Assembly: GCA_963666925.2 (NCBI GenBank)
Contig: CAXXTC010000005.1
Location: forward strand, 126,108 to 190,107
Source: Phycisphaerae bacterium
Lineage (GTDB): Bacteria; Planctomycetota; Phycisphaerae; UBA1845; Fen-1342
Length of the DNA stretch: 64,000 nucleotides
Reading direction: 5' to 3'
Translations under genes and position numbers: made by a program
In this document: in pieces, positions 7,970-20,733 of the stretch
How the letters are laid out: each line of letters starts with the position of its first letter
Position numbering within the stretch: position 1 is the first letter of the stretch
Notes under the pieces: model-generated
The model's input: the letters and a program-made list of their open reading frames with translations, nothing else
What the model was told of the DNA's origin: nothing
The model's database searches: none

Positions 7970-10594
7970 CTAGCTGCCTACCAGGGCCTCGACGAACGGG
8001 TCGATGTCGTCGAAATTGACGGCGGCGTCGTCATTCAAATCGTTGACAGCGATGTAGTCGCAGGTGGGTGTTGCGCCGAACATGCCCTCCCACTGAGCCT
8101 GGTCGATGATGGCGGCAACGAAGAAATCAATATCGTCGAAATTGACAGCGGTGTCGCAGTTGGAGTCGCCGGCCGGGAAGTTACTTCCGGGTTCGACGGC
8201 GAAGATATCGTCGCTCTCATCCCAATCGCCGTAGTCGCCGCCGCCGTAGTAAGCCCGCACGCGGATCTTGCAGGCAGTGCTGGCCTGGGTAGGCGTCCAG
8301 GAGGCGGTGGTTTGCCCGGGATCGGTCATGGTAACGATGTCGGTCCAGACGGTGTAGTCGTCGGGCAACGCAACCTCATCAATCCAAACGGTGTCGGAGC
8401 CGTTGCTGACACTGAAATCCTTCACGTACTCCCACTCGAGCTCGTGTGAGCCGGCGTCGAGGGTGGTTTCAAAGAGAATCCACTCGACCTCGCCAGAGGC
8501 GTGGATGACCTGGTCGCCGTCGACGGAGAAATTAAACCAATCGTAATCTTCCTCGGAGCTGACCTTGTACCAGAAGCTGAGGTCGCCGCCGGTGGTGGTG
8601 CGGGTCATCCAGGTTACGTCGTTGTTGCCGATGTCGCCGGCGCGGGCGGAGTGCGTTCCAGTGTAGCCGGTGGTGTCGTCAACGAACCAGTCAACGTCGC
8701 CGCCGGTGATGAACTCGGCCGGCAAGCTGCCGTCTTCGAAGCCGCCGACGCCGTAATTCGCGGTCTGCTGAACCTGGAACTCGGTGGCGCCGCCCATCCA
8801 GGTAACGGTGACGGGCGTGCCGGCGGTGAGAGTTTCGCCACCATTGGGATAGGTCATGAGGGCCGCAGGGCCGATCGGGACATCGACACGGGTGCACTCC
8901 CCGGTGACAACGACGACGTCTTCGACGATGACGGGATCGTAGCCGGTGCCGCGGGCCTCGAATTCGAGGTCGTAGGTGCCGTCGATGAGCATGCGATGAT
9001 AGTCACCGACATCGGGATCGGTGTAGACGTCGTGGTCGCGGCCGACGACACGAACGGTGGCATCGAGGGGCTGGCCGGTGCCGGCGTCATAGACGATACC
9101 ACGGACGCCGATGAGGCAGGTCTCGATGTAGGCCAGCATGGAATCGCGGTTTTCGTCCCAGAAGGTGGGGATCGTCGAGGCGGAGGGTTCCTTGATGTTG
9201 CTCAGCTCAATGGTGACTTCGTTGTTACCCATGTAGCGGTAATTCCAGTCCTGCATGCCGCCATCGATCGAATACCATTCGGCACCGTTGGTGATGCCGT
9301 GGGTCCAGTCGCCGTTCCACATCGGCGAGTTGTACTGAGAGTATTCCTCGCTAATGTAGACAAACATGTCCTCATCGGGACTGGGCGAAAAAACGCTGCC
9401 GAGGTTGTCGTTGTCGAAGGGGTAGTTGACGACCAGGGAGCCGCCGTGGAAGTTGGCCGAGGCGACGAATGAGTACTGGGCGCTCCAGTTCATGAGCACC
9501 TGGACTTCAGTGGGCCGACCGGTGGGGTCGTTGGCCTCGCCGTAAGCACCTTCGGGGAAGTTGCGGTTGAGGTCGTAGCCCTGCGAGTTGTAACGCGTGC
9601 GCGAGGTGCGGTCGTAGCCATCCGGGTTCATCAGCGGCATGATGTACAGCTCGACCTCGTCGATGATGTTGGTGCACTGCGCATCGGTGCCATAATTGGT
9701 AAGCAGATAGTCGATCAGGTACATGCACATGGTGGTGCCGACGACCTCGTCGCCGTGCATGGTCGCAATGTATTTGAACTCGGGCTCATCCTCTTCGACG
9801 TCGACGTTGTCGCTGATCTTCAAAACCCACAGATGACGACCTTCATAGCTCAGACCAGCATCAATCCGGCGGCAGAGCGCGGGATAGTTGGTCTCGTAAG
9901 CAAGCAGGTCGGGGCCGATGTCATCGTAGTCGACCCACGCGTAGCGACTCTCGTTATCCAGCGGCGGCTGGGCAGGCCGGAAGGCCGGAAGGCCGTCGGC
10001 GATGATGGCCGGATCGGCGCCGGCGGCCACCAGCACGTCGGCGAGCGTCTGGGCGCGCTGTACGGAAAGCTCGTCCTGCACACGCAGGTCGACGCCGAGA
10101 ACATGCAGCGGCGTCTGGCCATTGGCGTTTTCGGCGGTGACGTCGGCACCGGCGCTGAGCAGGGCGCGGACATTGTCGCTGCGCACGTGGCGCGTCGCGT
10201 CATGGAGGGGCGTGTCGCCATCGCGATCGCGAGCGTCGACCGCAGCGCCGGCGGCCAGCAGCGTCAGAGTCAAAGTGGAATCGCTGGCGCGGGCCGCGAT
10301 GTGAAGAGGCGTAAGGCCGGCGTTATCGGAGACGTTCACATCCGCGCCGTGTGCCAGGAGCAACAAGACGGCGTCCACCTGCTTGCCGCCGACCGCGCTG
10401 TGCAGCGGGGTCTCATTCGTGGCGCTGCGGGCAGCGACCAGCGTAGGGTCCTTCTCGATCAGTTGCGCCAGACGCGCCGTATCGCCGAAGCGCGCTGCCT
10501 GGAAAATGTCGCTGGCCTGGCCGGCGTTTGCCAGCGGGACCAGGGACAACGACAAGATTGTGGCCACCAGACCAATACGCAGTGGGGCTTTCAT
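7970..10594 (-). CDS. Secreted ankyrin-repeat M14 zinc carboxypeptidase with C-terminal dockerin-like domain
   Basis: Signal peptide; four TPLH ankyrin repeats; EPEFKYIATMHGDE, NPDG, DLNRNFP, NFHGG, GGMQDWNY, TIELS; terminal duplicated D-x-N-x-D...VNFDDID repeats. Confidence 0.9.
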   Translation of the reverse strand: MKAPLRIGLVATILSLSLVPLANAGQASDIFQAARFGDTARLAQLIEKDPTLVAARSATNETPLHSAVGGKQVDAVLLLLAHGADVNVSDNAGLTPLHIAARASDSTLTLTLLAAGAAVDARDRDGDTPLHDATRHVRSDNVRALLSAGADVTAENANGQTPLHVLGVDLRVQDELSVQRAQTLADVLVAAGADPAIIADGLPAFRPAQPPLDNESRYAWVDYDDIGPDLLAYETNYPALCRRIDAGLSYEGRHLWVLKISDNVDVEEDEPEFKYIATMHGDEVVGTTMCMYLIDYLLTNYGTDAQCTNIIDEVELYIMPLMNPDGYDRTSRTRYNSQGYDLNRNFPEGAYGEANDPTGRPTEVQVLMNWSAQYSFVASANFHGGSLVVNYPFDNDNLGSVFSPSPDEDMFVYISEEYSQYNSPMWNGDWTHGITNGAEWYSIDGGMQDWNYRYMGNNEVTIELSNIKEPSASTIPTFWDENRDSMLAYIETCLIGVRGIVYDAGTGQPLDATVRVVGRDHDVYTDPDVGDYHRMLIDGTYDLEFEARGTGYDPVIVEDVVVVTGECTRVDVPIGPAALMTYPNGGETLTAGTPVTVTWMGGATEFQVQQTANYGVGGFEDGSLPAEFITGGDVDWFVDDTTGYTGTHSARAGDIGNNDVTWMTRTTTGGDLSFWYKVSSEEDYDWFNFSVDGDQVIHASGEVEWILFETTLDAGSHELEWEYVKDFSVSNGSDTVWIDEVALPDDYTVWTDIVTMTDPGQTTASWTPTQASTACKIRVRAYYGGGDYGDWDESDDIFAVEPGSNFPAGDSNCDTAVNFDDIDFFVAAIIDQAQWEGMFGATPTCDYIAVNDLNDDAAVNFDDIDPFVEALVGS

Positions 10595-10749
10595 CGCGGT
10601 CCTCGAAAAACTAAGGGGTGAGATTCTGGTGCTTCGGCAAGCACCTCCATACCAGCGCATCTCACAGTAGCACGTATTAATAGGCAAAGCAACGCGAAGT
10701 GCGTAGCGGCCGATAATCACCGTGGTTAACCGCTTGCGGCGAGAGCGAA

Positions 10750-11457
10750 TCAGGTGTCGGCCGGCTGGGGTGTGATCAGTGCCAATAGTGCTAGCAGGTC
10801 CGGAAACTCGTGATCGGGGACATGATTGCCAATATCGTGGATGCGGTGCTGCCGATTCACCCAACCACTACGGATGCCTGCCAACAGCGCACCGCCCACG
10901 TCGCTGTGTAACGAATCGCCAACGTGGATAACACGCTGTCGGCTCCAGCCGGTGAACGCCAGGGCATCTTCGAAGATCTTCGGGTCGGGCTTGTACGAGC
11001 GCGAATCCTGCGACGTCACGACGCCCGCCACCGCGATGCCATGACGCAACAAGGCGGCGTCGATGTCAGCCCGATCAGCGTTGGAAACTATGCAGATCGG
11101 CAGCGGCAAACGCTCGAGGAACTCGGGCACCTCGGGTTGCAGCGGCGGGTCCTGCCAATAAGCCGACAGGCGGGCAACGTACGGATAGGGGTCCAGGTGA
11201 ATGTGCATGGCGGCCATGGTCTCACGCAACGTGCGGGCCTCGACCTCGAGCAGCGTCGCGAACCCGTCGCCGTTGGCAAAATCCATGGCATGAAAGAACC
11301 GCTCGCCCCAGATGATGGCCAACTCCGGCGGGCTCAGCGGAATGCCGGTGTCGTAGCAGAGTTGCGTACAGACCGCCTCGACAGCCGCACGATCCCCGGT
11401 GGTAAGCGTGCCGTACATGTCCAGAAAAACGCCGTCGAGTTCGAGAGTGCTGGTCAA
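10750..11457 (-). CDS. HAD-superfamily hydrolase
   Basis: FLDMYGTL, IVSNAD, YKPDPKIF, HVGDSLHSDVGGA. Confidence 0.9.
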   Translation of the reverse strand: MTSTLELDGVFLDMYGTLTTGDRAAVEAVCTQLCYDTGIPLSPPELAIIWGERFFHAMDFANGDGFATLLEVEARTLRETMAAMHIHLDPYPYVARLSAYWQDPPLQPEVPEFLERLPLPICIVSNADRADIDAALLRHGIAVAGVVTSQDSRSYKPDPKIFEDALAFTGWSRQRVIHVGDSLHSDVGGALLAGIRSGWVNRQHRIHDIGNHVPDHEFPDLLALLALITPQPADT

Positions 11458-11514
11458 CGCTCAATTCCTGTCGGGGGCCATGAAACGTCGGGCGGGTCTG
11501 ATCAGGTTAGCGCG

Positions 11515-11934
11515 CTACTGCGGCGGCGGTTCTTCATCCGTGCGGGCGGCCAAGGCCTGAATGACACGCTTCTTGTGGGTTCCCAGCCCGCACCAGGGCA
11601 GATGATCGACAATGTACTTACGCACCGTAGCCGTACAGCAGGGATTGTTGATCAGCGTGATCAGGGCGTCGGCCTGGTCGTTGGAAAAACCGAAAACGCA
11701 GATCGCGTTCACCAGGTAAACCTGCTCGTGTTCGCTGAGGTTCTCGCGCGTGGCGATCTCATGGAGCACAACCAGTCGATCGCTGGGGAACTCGATCGTC
11801 TCGGCCGCCCGGATATCGGCACAGGCCGGACCACACTCGCCCCGGGGATGAATCGCACAGCCACCGGCCAGCACAAAAAGGACGGCAACCGGCACCAACG
11901 CGCCCCAGCGATAATTCGATCTGAACACAGGCAT
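11515..11934 (-). CDS. Hypothetical lipoprotein
   Basis: GGAG then ATG 11934; signal peptide with LAGGC lipobox; helical mature part. Confidence 0.65.
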   Translation of the reverse strand: MPVFRSNYRWGALVPVAVLFVLAGGCAIHPRGECGPACADIRAAETIEFPSDRLVVLHEIATRENLSEHEQVYLVNAICVFGFSNDQADALITLINNPCCTATVRKYIVDHLPWCGLGTHKKRVIQALAARTDEEPPPQ

Positions 11935-12114
11935 CGTGAGATCTCCTCGGACACCGACCTTCGAGCAGGCCGAAACCAACCCATCCGATCGGCGACACTC
12001 ATCATAGCGGCGGTGACGAGGGCCGCAAAACCACCCAGCGCACCCGGGCAGCAACGGCGGGCGAAAGTGTATATCATGGGCGTGATTGTCCCTGTTTTCG
12101 CGAGGAGTACCCCC

Positions 12115-13497
12115 ATGGCACCGAATGATCCCGCTCCAACCCACCCGGCTCCCCTGCCGATCAGCCCGCATAAACCCACACCGTACGACGGCCCGCCGCG
12201 TGACGAGATCCTGGCCCTGCGCCAGGAGTATCTCAACCCCGGCCTGGTGCTGTACTACGACGAGCCGATGTGTGTTGTCGAAGGACACATGCAATACGCA
12301 TGGGACGAGCAAGGTCGCCAGTACCTGGACTGCGCCGGCGGGATCGTGAGCGTATCGGTGGGACATTGCCACCCGAAGATCACCGAGCGTGTCCGCCAGC
12401 AGGTCGGCCGACTCGTGCACACAACGACCGTGTACCTGCACCCGACCATCGTGCAGTACGCGCGCAAAATCGCCGAGCACATGCCCGCAGGCAGCAACCT
12501 GAAGCAGACCTACTTCGGCAACTCCGGCAGCGAGGCTAACGAGTACGCGGTGCTGATGTCGCGGCTGTACACCGGGCGCGATGAGATTCTGTGTTTGCGA
12601 AACGGCTATCATGGCGGCACCGGGGCAACCATGCGCCTGACCGCCATCAGCGATTGGAAGTTCTCAGCCGACGCTGGCTTGAACGTGAAGCACGGCCCGG
12701 CCGGCTACTGCTACCGCTGCCCATTCGGAATCAGCTATCCCAACTGTGATCTCAAATGTGCCCGAACGTTGGAGGACATGATCAAACACGAATCAAGTGG
12801 AGAGGTCGCCTGTCTGATCGCGGAGCCTATTCAGGGCGTCGGAGGGATCGTCGTCCCGCCCAAGGAATACTTCCAGGTGGCCTACGAGATCGTCCGCCGG
12901 CATGGGGGGTTGTGTATCGCGGACGAGGTGCAGTGCGGATGGGGACGAACGGGCGAGCACTTCTGGGGATTCGAGCACTTCGACGTGGTCCCGGACGTGG
13001 TGACGATGGCCAAGGGGATTGGTAATGGGGCGCCACTATCAGCGGTCACAACACGGCCCGAGATAGCAGCGACGATGAGCAAGAAGCTGCATTTCAACAC
13101 ATTCGGTGGTAATCCGGTGTCGGTCACGCACGGGCTGGCAACACTGGAGGTGATTGACGAAGAGCTGATCCAGGAGCGGGCCCTGAAGTTGGGCGGGTAC
13201 CTGCGGGAGAAATTGCTGATATTGCAAGAGCGGTACCCACTGATCGGCGAAGTACGCGGCATGGGACTGTTGCAGGCGATTGAGCTGGTGACGGATCGGC
13301 AGACGCGCGAGCCGGCCACCGAGCAGACGCGGCAGGTGGTCGAAGCCGCCCGGCGACGAGGCTTGCTGGTGGGCAAGGCGGGCAGCTTCTGGAACACGAT
13401 CCGCTTGGCACCCCCTATGTGCGTAACCAAGCCAGACATAGATTTTCTGGCAGATGCTCTGGATGGCTGCCTGCGGGAGGTGTCGGGGGTGGACTAG
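12115..13497 (+). CDS. Class III PLP aminotransferase (AGXT2-like)
   Basis: GAGGAG then ATG 12115; SVGHCHP, NSGSEAN, YHG, EPIQGVGG, IADEVQCGWGRTG, MAKGIGNG, FNTFGGNP. Confidence 0.92.
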   Translation: MAPNDPAPTHPAPLPISPHKPTPYDGPPRDEILALRQEYLNPGLVLYYDEPMCVVEGHMQYAWDEQGRQYLDCAGGIVSVSVGHCHPKITERVRQQVGRLVHTTTVYLHPTIVQYARKIAEHMPAGSNLKQTYFGNSGSEANEYAVLMSRLYTGRDEILCLRNGYHGGTGATMRLTAISDWKFSADAGLNVKHGPAGYCYRCPFGISYPNCDLKCARTLEDMIKHESSGEVACLIAEPIQGVGGIVVPPKEYFQVAYEIVRRHGGLCIADEVQCGWGRTGEHFWGFEHFDVVPDVVTMAKGIGNGAPLSAVTTRPEIAATMSKKLHFNTFGGNPVSVTHGLATLEVIDEELIQERALKLGGYLREKLLILQERYPLIGEVRGMGLLQAIELVTDRQTREPATEQTRQVVEAARRRGLLVGKAGSFWNTIRLAPPMCVTKPDIDFLADALDGCLREVSGVD

Positions 13498-13555
13498 GCG
13501 ATCGGTCCGAGGCGGCGAATTTCCGGACTTGCGGGGCTTGATGGGCTGGACGAAT

Positions 13556-13612
13556 TAATGTTAAGCTCGCATAATCATTAAGCAGGATAATTGATAATGC
13601 CTTGGACAATTA
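13556..13612 (+). promoter_or_regulatory. Candidate Fur/Zur operator region
   Basis: AT-rich; ATAATCATTA and GATAATTGATAATG arrays; two adjacent imperfect palindromes (TAATG..CATTA and TAATTG..CAATTA) just upstream of the Fur-family gene. Confidence 0.55.
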
Positions 13613-13628
13613 CAAGGAGTCTGGGCGC

Positions 13629-14024
13629 GTGGCAAAGCGAAACACATCTCAACGGCGTGCGATTCGGGACGTGTTTGACTCGACGGATCGTCCGTTGAGC
13701 ACGCAGGAAGTGCTGGACGCGGCTCAGCACCACAAATCCGGGATCGGGATCGCGACAATCTACCGTACGCTCAAGTTGCTCATAGAAGAGGACTGGCTCG
13801 TAACGGTGACGTTACCGAACGAACCCCCGCGGTATGAGCGCGCCGGCAAGCCACATCATCACCATTTCTACTGCCTCAGGTGCAAACGGGCATTCGAGGT
13901 ACCAGGTTGCGTGGAACTGCTGGATACTCTGATACCCCCGGGATTCGTGCTCCAGGGGCACGACCTGGTGCTCAACGGCCTGTGTGTGGAATGCGCCGGC
14001 AATACGGAGCCGGGGAGCACGTAG
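13629..14024 (+). CDS. Fur-family transcriptional regulator (Zur-like)
   Basis: AAGGAG then GTG 13629; IGIATIYRTL, HHHHFYCLRC, CVEC; upstream of a metal ABC transporter. Confidence 0.9.
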   Translation: MAKRNTSQRRAIRDVFDSTDRPLSTQEVLDAAQHHKSGIGIATIYRTLKLLIEEDWLVTVTLPNEPPRYERAGKPHHHHFYCLRCKRAFEVPGCVELLDTLIPPGFVLQGHDLVLNGLCVECAGNTEPGST

Positions 14025-14146
14025 CAACTTCCTAAACGATTCGCGTAAGACGAATTAGGGCTTATATCGGCCGCTTGGTATTACGATGTACTACAATAGT
14101 ACTGTCGAGCGGTGATTTCCTGCCATTTGGTGGAGGTTGGTTACTG

Positions 14147-14470
14147 GTGTCGAAACAGAAAGAAACGGTGATCACCTTCAAGGCTGACGCGGCCTTGCTG
14201 GAGGCGCTGCGGACCATACCGAATCGCTCAGAGTTCATTCGCAACGCGATCCTTGGGGCGCTGGAGAATTACTGTCCGTTGTGCAGGGGCACGGGAGTGT
14301 TGACACCCAACCAGAAGGCGCACTGGGAGGAGTTCTCGCGGACGCATCCGATCCGCGAGTGCGCCGAGTGCCACGAAGTACACCTGGTGTGCGAGGACGC
14401 GGAACACAAGCATGATCATCCGAACAAGGCGCCAGGAACTGAGACGTCGCAAGCTGGAGATGAAACATGA
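14147..14470 (+). CDS. Ribbon-helix-helix (CopG-like) regulator with Cys/His metal-binding C-terminus
   Basis: VITFKAD...NRSEFIRNAIL RHH pattern; CPLC, CAECHEVHLVC, HKHDH; overlaps the znuA start (ATGA). Confidence 0.75.
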   Translation: MSKQKETVITFKADAALLEALRTIPNRSEFIRNAILGALENYCPLCRGTGVLTPNQKAHWEEFSRTHPIRECAECHEVHLVCEDAEHKHDHPNKAPGTETSQAGDET

Positions 14471-15432
14471 AGCGGTCGGGTTGGTGGCTGCTGGGTGTCG
14501 TCGTAGGACTTCTTAGCGGAGTAACGGTTGAAGGGGGCGCGTCGCCGACGGACAAGCTTAAGGTGGCGGTGACGATCGAGCCGCAAGCGTACTTCGTGGA
14601 GCAGATTGGCGGCGAGTTGGTTGATGTACTGGTGCTGGTTGGACCGGGGCAGTCGCCGCACTCATACGAGCCAACGCCGCGGCAAATGACCGCGCTGGCG
14701 GAATGTTCCGTGTATCTCCGCATCGGCGTTGATTTTGAGCGGGGATTTGTGCCGCGTTTGCAGCGGGCCTTGCCGAAATTGAAGATCGTGGACACGCGGC
14801 GCGGCGTGCCGATGCGGGAGCTGGAAGCCGGCCATTCGCACGCCAACCATGAGCATGCTGACGGGCACAAGCACGAACACGAGCACGGCCATGAGCAGCA
14901 CGCGGAGGGAAAAACGCAAGATGGCGTGGATGACGGGGTTGCCAAGGACCCGCACATCTGGCTCAGTCCGAAGCTGGTGAAGATCCAGGCACGGACGATG
15001 TGTGATGCGCTGGTGGAGTTGGATCCGCAGCACGCAGACGATTATCGGAAGCGGCTGGCCCGTTTCGAAGCGGAGCTGGACAAGCTGCATGATGAGATTG
15101 CCGAGGTGCTCAAGCCGCTGAAAGGGCGGGACGTATTCGTATTTCACCCGGCGTATGGATATTTCCTGGACGAGTTTGGGTTGAAGCAGGTGCCAGTGGA
15201 AATCGAGGGCAAGAGCCCCACGCCACGAGAGCTGGCCAAGTTGATCGAGCAGGCGCGTGAGCAGCGGGTGCAGGTGGTTTTTGTGCAGCCTCAGTTTTCG
15301 CCGCGGTCGGCGGAAACATTGGCGCAGGCCATCTCGGGGGTTGTGGTTTCGCTGGATCCGCTGGCGCGTGACTACACCACGAACCTGAGGTCGATGGCCG
15401 CGGCGATCCGCAAGGGACTCGACAGGCAGTAG
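14467..15432 (+). CDS. znuA: Zn/Mn ABC transporter substrate-binding protein
   Basis: SPHSYEPTP, His-rich loop, DPHIWLSP, FHPAYGY. Confidence 0.93.
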   Translation: MKRSGWWLLGVVVGLLSGVTVEGGASPTDKLKVAVTIEPQAYFVEQIGGELVDVLVLVGPGQSPHSYEPTPRQMTALAECSVYLRIGVDFERGFVPRLQRALPKLKIVDTRRGVPMRELEAGHSHANHEHADGHKHEHEHGHEQHAEGKTQDGVDDGVAKDPHIWLSPKLVKIQARTMCDALVELDPQHADDYRKRLARFEAELDKLHDEIAEVLKPLKGRDVFVFHPAYGYFLDEFGLKQVPVEIEGKSPTPRELAKLIEQAREQRVQVVFVQPQFSPRSAETLAQAISGVVVSLDPLARDYTTNLRSMAAAIRKGLDRQ

Positions 15433-15442
15433 TGGTGGCGTT

Positions 15443-16225
15443 GTGACACGGTGGAGCCCGATAGTGGCAGAGATTCAGAGCCAAGGTAGTGACAATCGTC
15501 CGGTGATCGAAGTCCGGGACGTGTCGTTCGCCTACATGACCGCAGCGGTGCTCAGCGATGTCACTTTCTCCGTTCGGCGGGGAGATTTCGCGTGCATCGT
15601 GGGGCCCAATGGCGGGGGCAAGACGACCCTGCTTCGAATCATATTAGGACTACTGGCGCCTGGCCGGGGAACGGTGCGGGTGTTTGGCCGACCGCCGGCC
15701 GAGGCCCGCACACGGATCGGTTATATGCCGCAACACGCCCAACTGGACCCACTGTTTCCGGCCCGGGTGCGGGACGTGGTGATGATGGGGCGATTGGGGG
15801 CTGGCCATCGGGTGGGATGGTTCAGCCGACATGATATTGAGCGTGGAATGGAGGCGCTGCGCGAAGTGGGGATGGCGGATCTGGCACAGCGAGCATTTGC
15901 CGCTCTATCGGGCGGGCAACGGCAGCGCGTGCTGATCGCCCGGGCGCTGGCGTGTGATCCGGAACTGCTGATCCTGGACGAGCCGACGGCGAGCCTGGAC
16001 CCGCTGGTCCAGGACGAGATGACAGAACTGCTACAGCGACTGAACGAGCGTTTGACAGTAATCGTGGTATCGCACGACGTGGGCTTCGTGGCCCGCCGGG
16101 TGCGCACGGTGATTTGCGTGAACCAGAGCGTCAATGTGCACGACGCCAGTGAAGTGACCGGTGAGTCGATCCGCGAACTCTATGGGCACGACGTACAGCT
16201 CGTGCACCACCAGCATCCGCATTGA
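15443..16225 (+). CDS. znuC: Zn/Mn ABC transporter ATP-binding protein
   Basis: GPNGGGKT, IGYMPQ, LSGGQRQRV, ILDEPT, VSHD; start codon uncertain. Confidence 0.93.
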   Translation: MTRWSPIVAEIQSQGSDNRPVIEVRDVSFAYMTAAVLSDVTFSVRRGDFACIVGPNGGGKTTLLRIILGLLAPGRGTVRVFGRPPAEARTRIGYMPQHAQLDPLFPARVRDVVMMGRLGAGHRVGWFSRHDIERGMEALREVGMADLAQRAFAALSGGQRQRVLIARALACDPELLILDEPTASLDPLVQDEMTELLQRLNERLTVIVVSHDVGFVARRVRTVICVNQSVNVHDASEVTGESIRELYGHDVQLVHHQHPH

Positions 16226-16233
16226 GGTTAGGC

Positions 16234-17148
16234 GTGTTCGATTTTCTTGATGCCGTCGTGCAATTCACGTTCCTGCAAGTCGCCCTGGCGGCCGGCGTGC
16301 TGGCGAGCGTTTCCTGCGGCGTTATCGGCAGCTACGTGGTCGTACGGCGGATCTCCTATATCGCCGGCGGGATCGCACATTGCGTGCTGGGCGGGATGGG
16401 AGCGGCTTATTACCTCAGCGTCGTGCATGGCTGGACTTGGCTGCACCCGCTGCATGGGGCGGTGGTAGCGGCACTGGTGGCCGCGGTGATCATCGGGCTG
16501 GTCAGCCTGCGCGCCCGGCAACGCGAGGACACCGTGATCGGCGCGCTGTGGGCACTGGGGATGGCGATTGGCGTGTTGTTCATCGCCCGCACGCCCGGGT
16601 ACCAGGTCGAGTTGATGAGCTACCTGTTCGGCAACATCCTGATGGTGGGGCCGGAGGATTTGTGGCTGCTGGGCGGGTTGGATGTGCTGGTGGTCGGAGT
16701 GGGGCTGCTGTTCTATCACCAGTTACAGGCGGTCTGCTTCGACGAAGAGTTCGCCCGGCTGCGCGGCATCAACGTCGAGCTGTACTACGTGCTGCTGCTG
16801 TGCCTGACAGCATTGACGGTCGTGCTGGTGGTCAGCGTGGTGGGGATCGTGCTGGTAATCGCACTATTGTCGTTGCCGGTGGCAATCGCGGGCTACCTGT
16901 GCCGAACACTCTGGCAACTGATGATCGTGTCGGGTGTACTGTGCATGGTGTTCACGGCGGCGGGGTTGGGCGTCGGGTACGCGTATGATCTGCCGCCGGG
17001 GGCAACGACCATCGTTCTGGCGGGGGCGGGATACCTGGTCGCGATCGCTCTGGCGGGAATCGGTCGTCGATGGATGCGGGCGCGGAACTCACAGCCGCTG
17101 CACTCGTCGGCGGAAGTTGGTGAGGGGGAATTGGCGGGGGGAGACTGA
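16234..17148 (+). CDS. znuB: Zn/Mn ABC transporter permease
   Basis: GSYVVVRR, GIAH, LMSYLFGNIL, FDEEFA; multiple TM helices. Confidence 0.93.
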   Translation: MFDFLDAVVQFTFLQVALAAGVLASVSCGVIGSYVVVRRISYIAGGIAHCVLGGMGAAYYLSVVHGWTWLHPLHGAVVAALVAAVIIGLVSLRARQREDTVIGALWALGMAIGVLFIARTPGYQVELMSYLFGNILMVGPEDLWLLGGLDVLVVGVGLLFYHQLQAVCFDEEFARLRGINVELYYVLLLCLTALTVVLVVSVVGIVLVIALLSLPVAIAGYLCRTLWQLMIVSGVLCMVFTAAGLGVGYAYDLPPGATTIVLAGAGYLVAIALAGIGRRWMRARNSQPLHSSAEVGEGELAGGD

Positions 17149-17240
17149 TCGGTTGCTGTGCTGCGGCAGTCGGCGCCCCGCGCCGATATTGACATAACCG
17201 CTTGTCATTCAACAAGTAACGTTTTAATTTCCCCCGCGGG

Positions 17241-17597
17241 CTACGTGGCATCGGAGCTCATGGACTCGACACAGTCGAGCGGCACCCAGCCGGTTGTTCC
17301 TTCTGACGAGACGGCCAGCAACCATCCGGATACCGCGAGAACGGCCTCAAGACGTGTGCCAGGCCGGATGGTCAACTCGAACGCGTCGTAGTCGCGCTTC
17401 AGGATGGCCGTAGCACCCTCGATTCTGACCCAGGGCTCAGGAACCCACCCCGATTCGCCGGTCGGCTTGGAGCACCAGAGCCATCCCTCCCAGTTCGTCT
17501 TCCGGCGCTCGAATGCAACCGTGTCACCCTTCTTCAGCGTCAGGGAGTCGGCACAATCCGGCGCGTGTGCCCGGACAACTCGATACGTGCCTGCCAT
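17241..17597 (-). CDS. Tandem SH3-domain protein
   Basis: Two SH3-like units: LTLKKGD..GWLWC..GWVP and YDAFELTIRPG..GW..GWVP. Confidence 0.8.
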   Translation of the reverse strand: MAGTYRVVRAHAPDCADSLTLKKGDTVAFERRKTNWEGWLWCSKPTGESGWVPEPWVRIEGATAILKRDYDAFELTIRPGTRLEAVLAVSGWLLAVSSEGTTGWVPLDCVESMSSDAT

Positions 17598-17676
17598 TGA
17601 GAAGTCCTCCGCGGTCCGGGTGCCGGTTCAACGCGACATTGACTCCTCCGCAGGTCTTTCCGCCTTGGCGGGGCCG

Positions 17677-20533
<2,857 letters not shown>

Positions 20534-20733
20534 CAGGCGGTAGCTCCGCGGGAGGTTAACAGAATCTGCGCAGTACTTGGCAATCTCGTTATAATACCCC
20601 ACTTGCGCCGGCTGACAAGTCCGCACCGGGGGGCGTCAGAGGCGGTCGTTGGCCGAGCGGTTGCGGAAAAACCCGCTCCCGGGCCGGAACCGGGGGCCAG
20701 CATGGTTCTACCGCCGCTTCTGGAGATGGCCGA

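Noticed and set aside
10924..12114. 857-aa ORF suggesting a large aminotransferase fusion
   Set aside because: The first ~400 codons are antisense to the HAD and lipoprotein genes; the true start is 12115 with GAGGAG.
20534..20733. Possible SAM or cobalamin riboswitch upstream of metH
   Set aside because: No recognisable conserved core; the region is a short divergent promoter interval.
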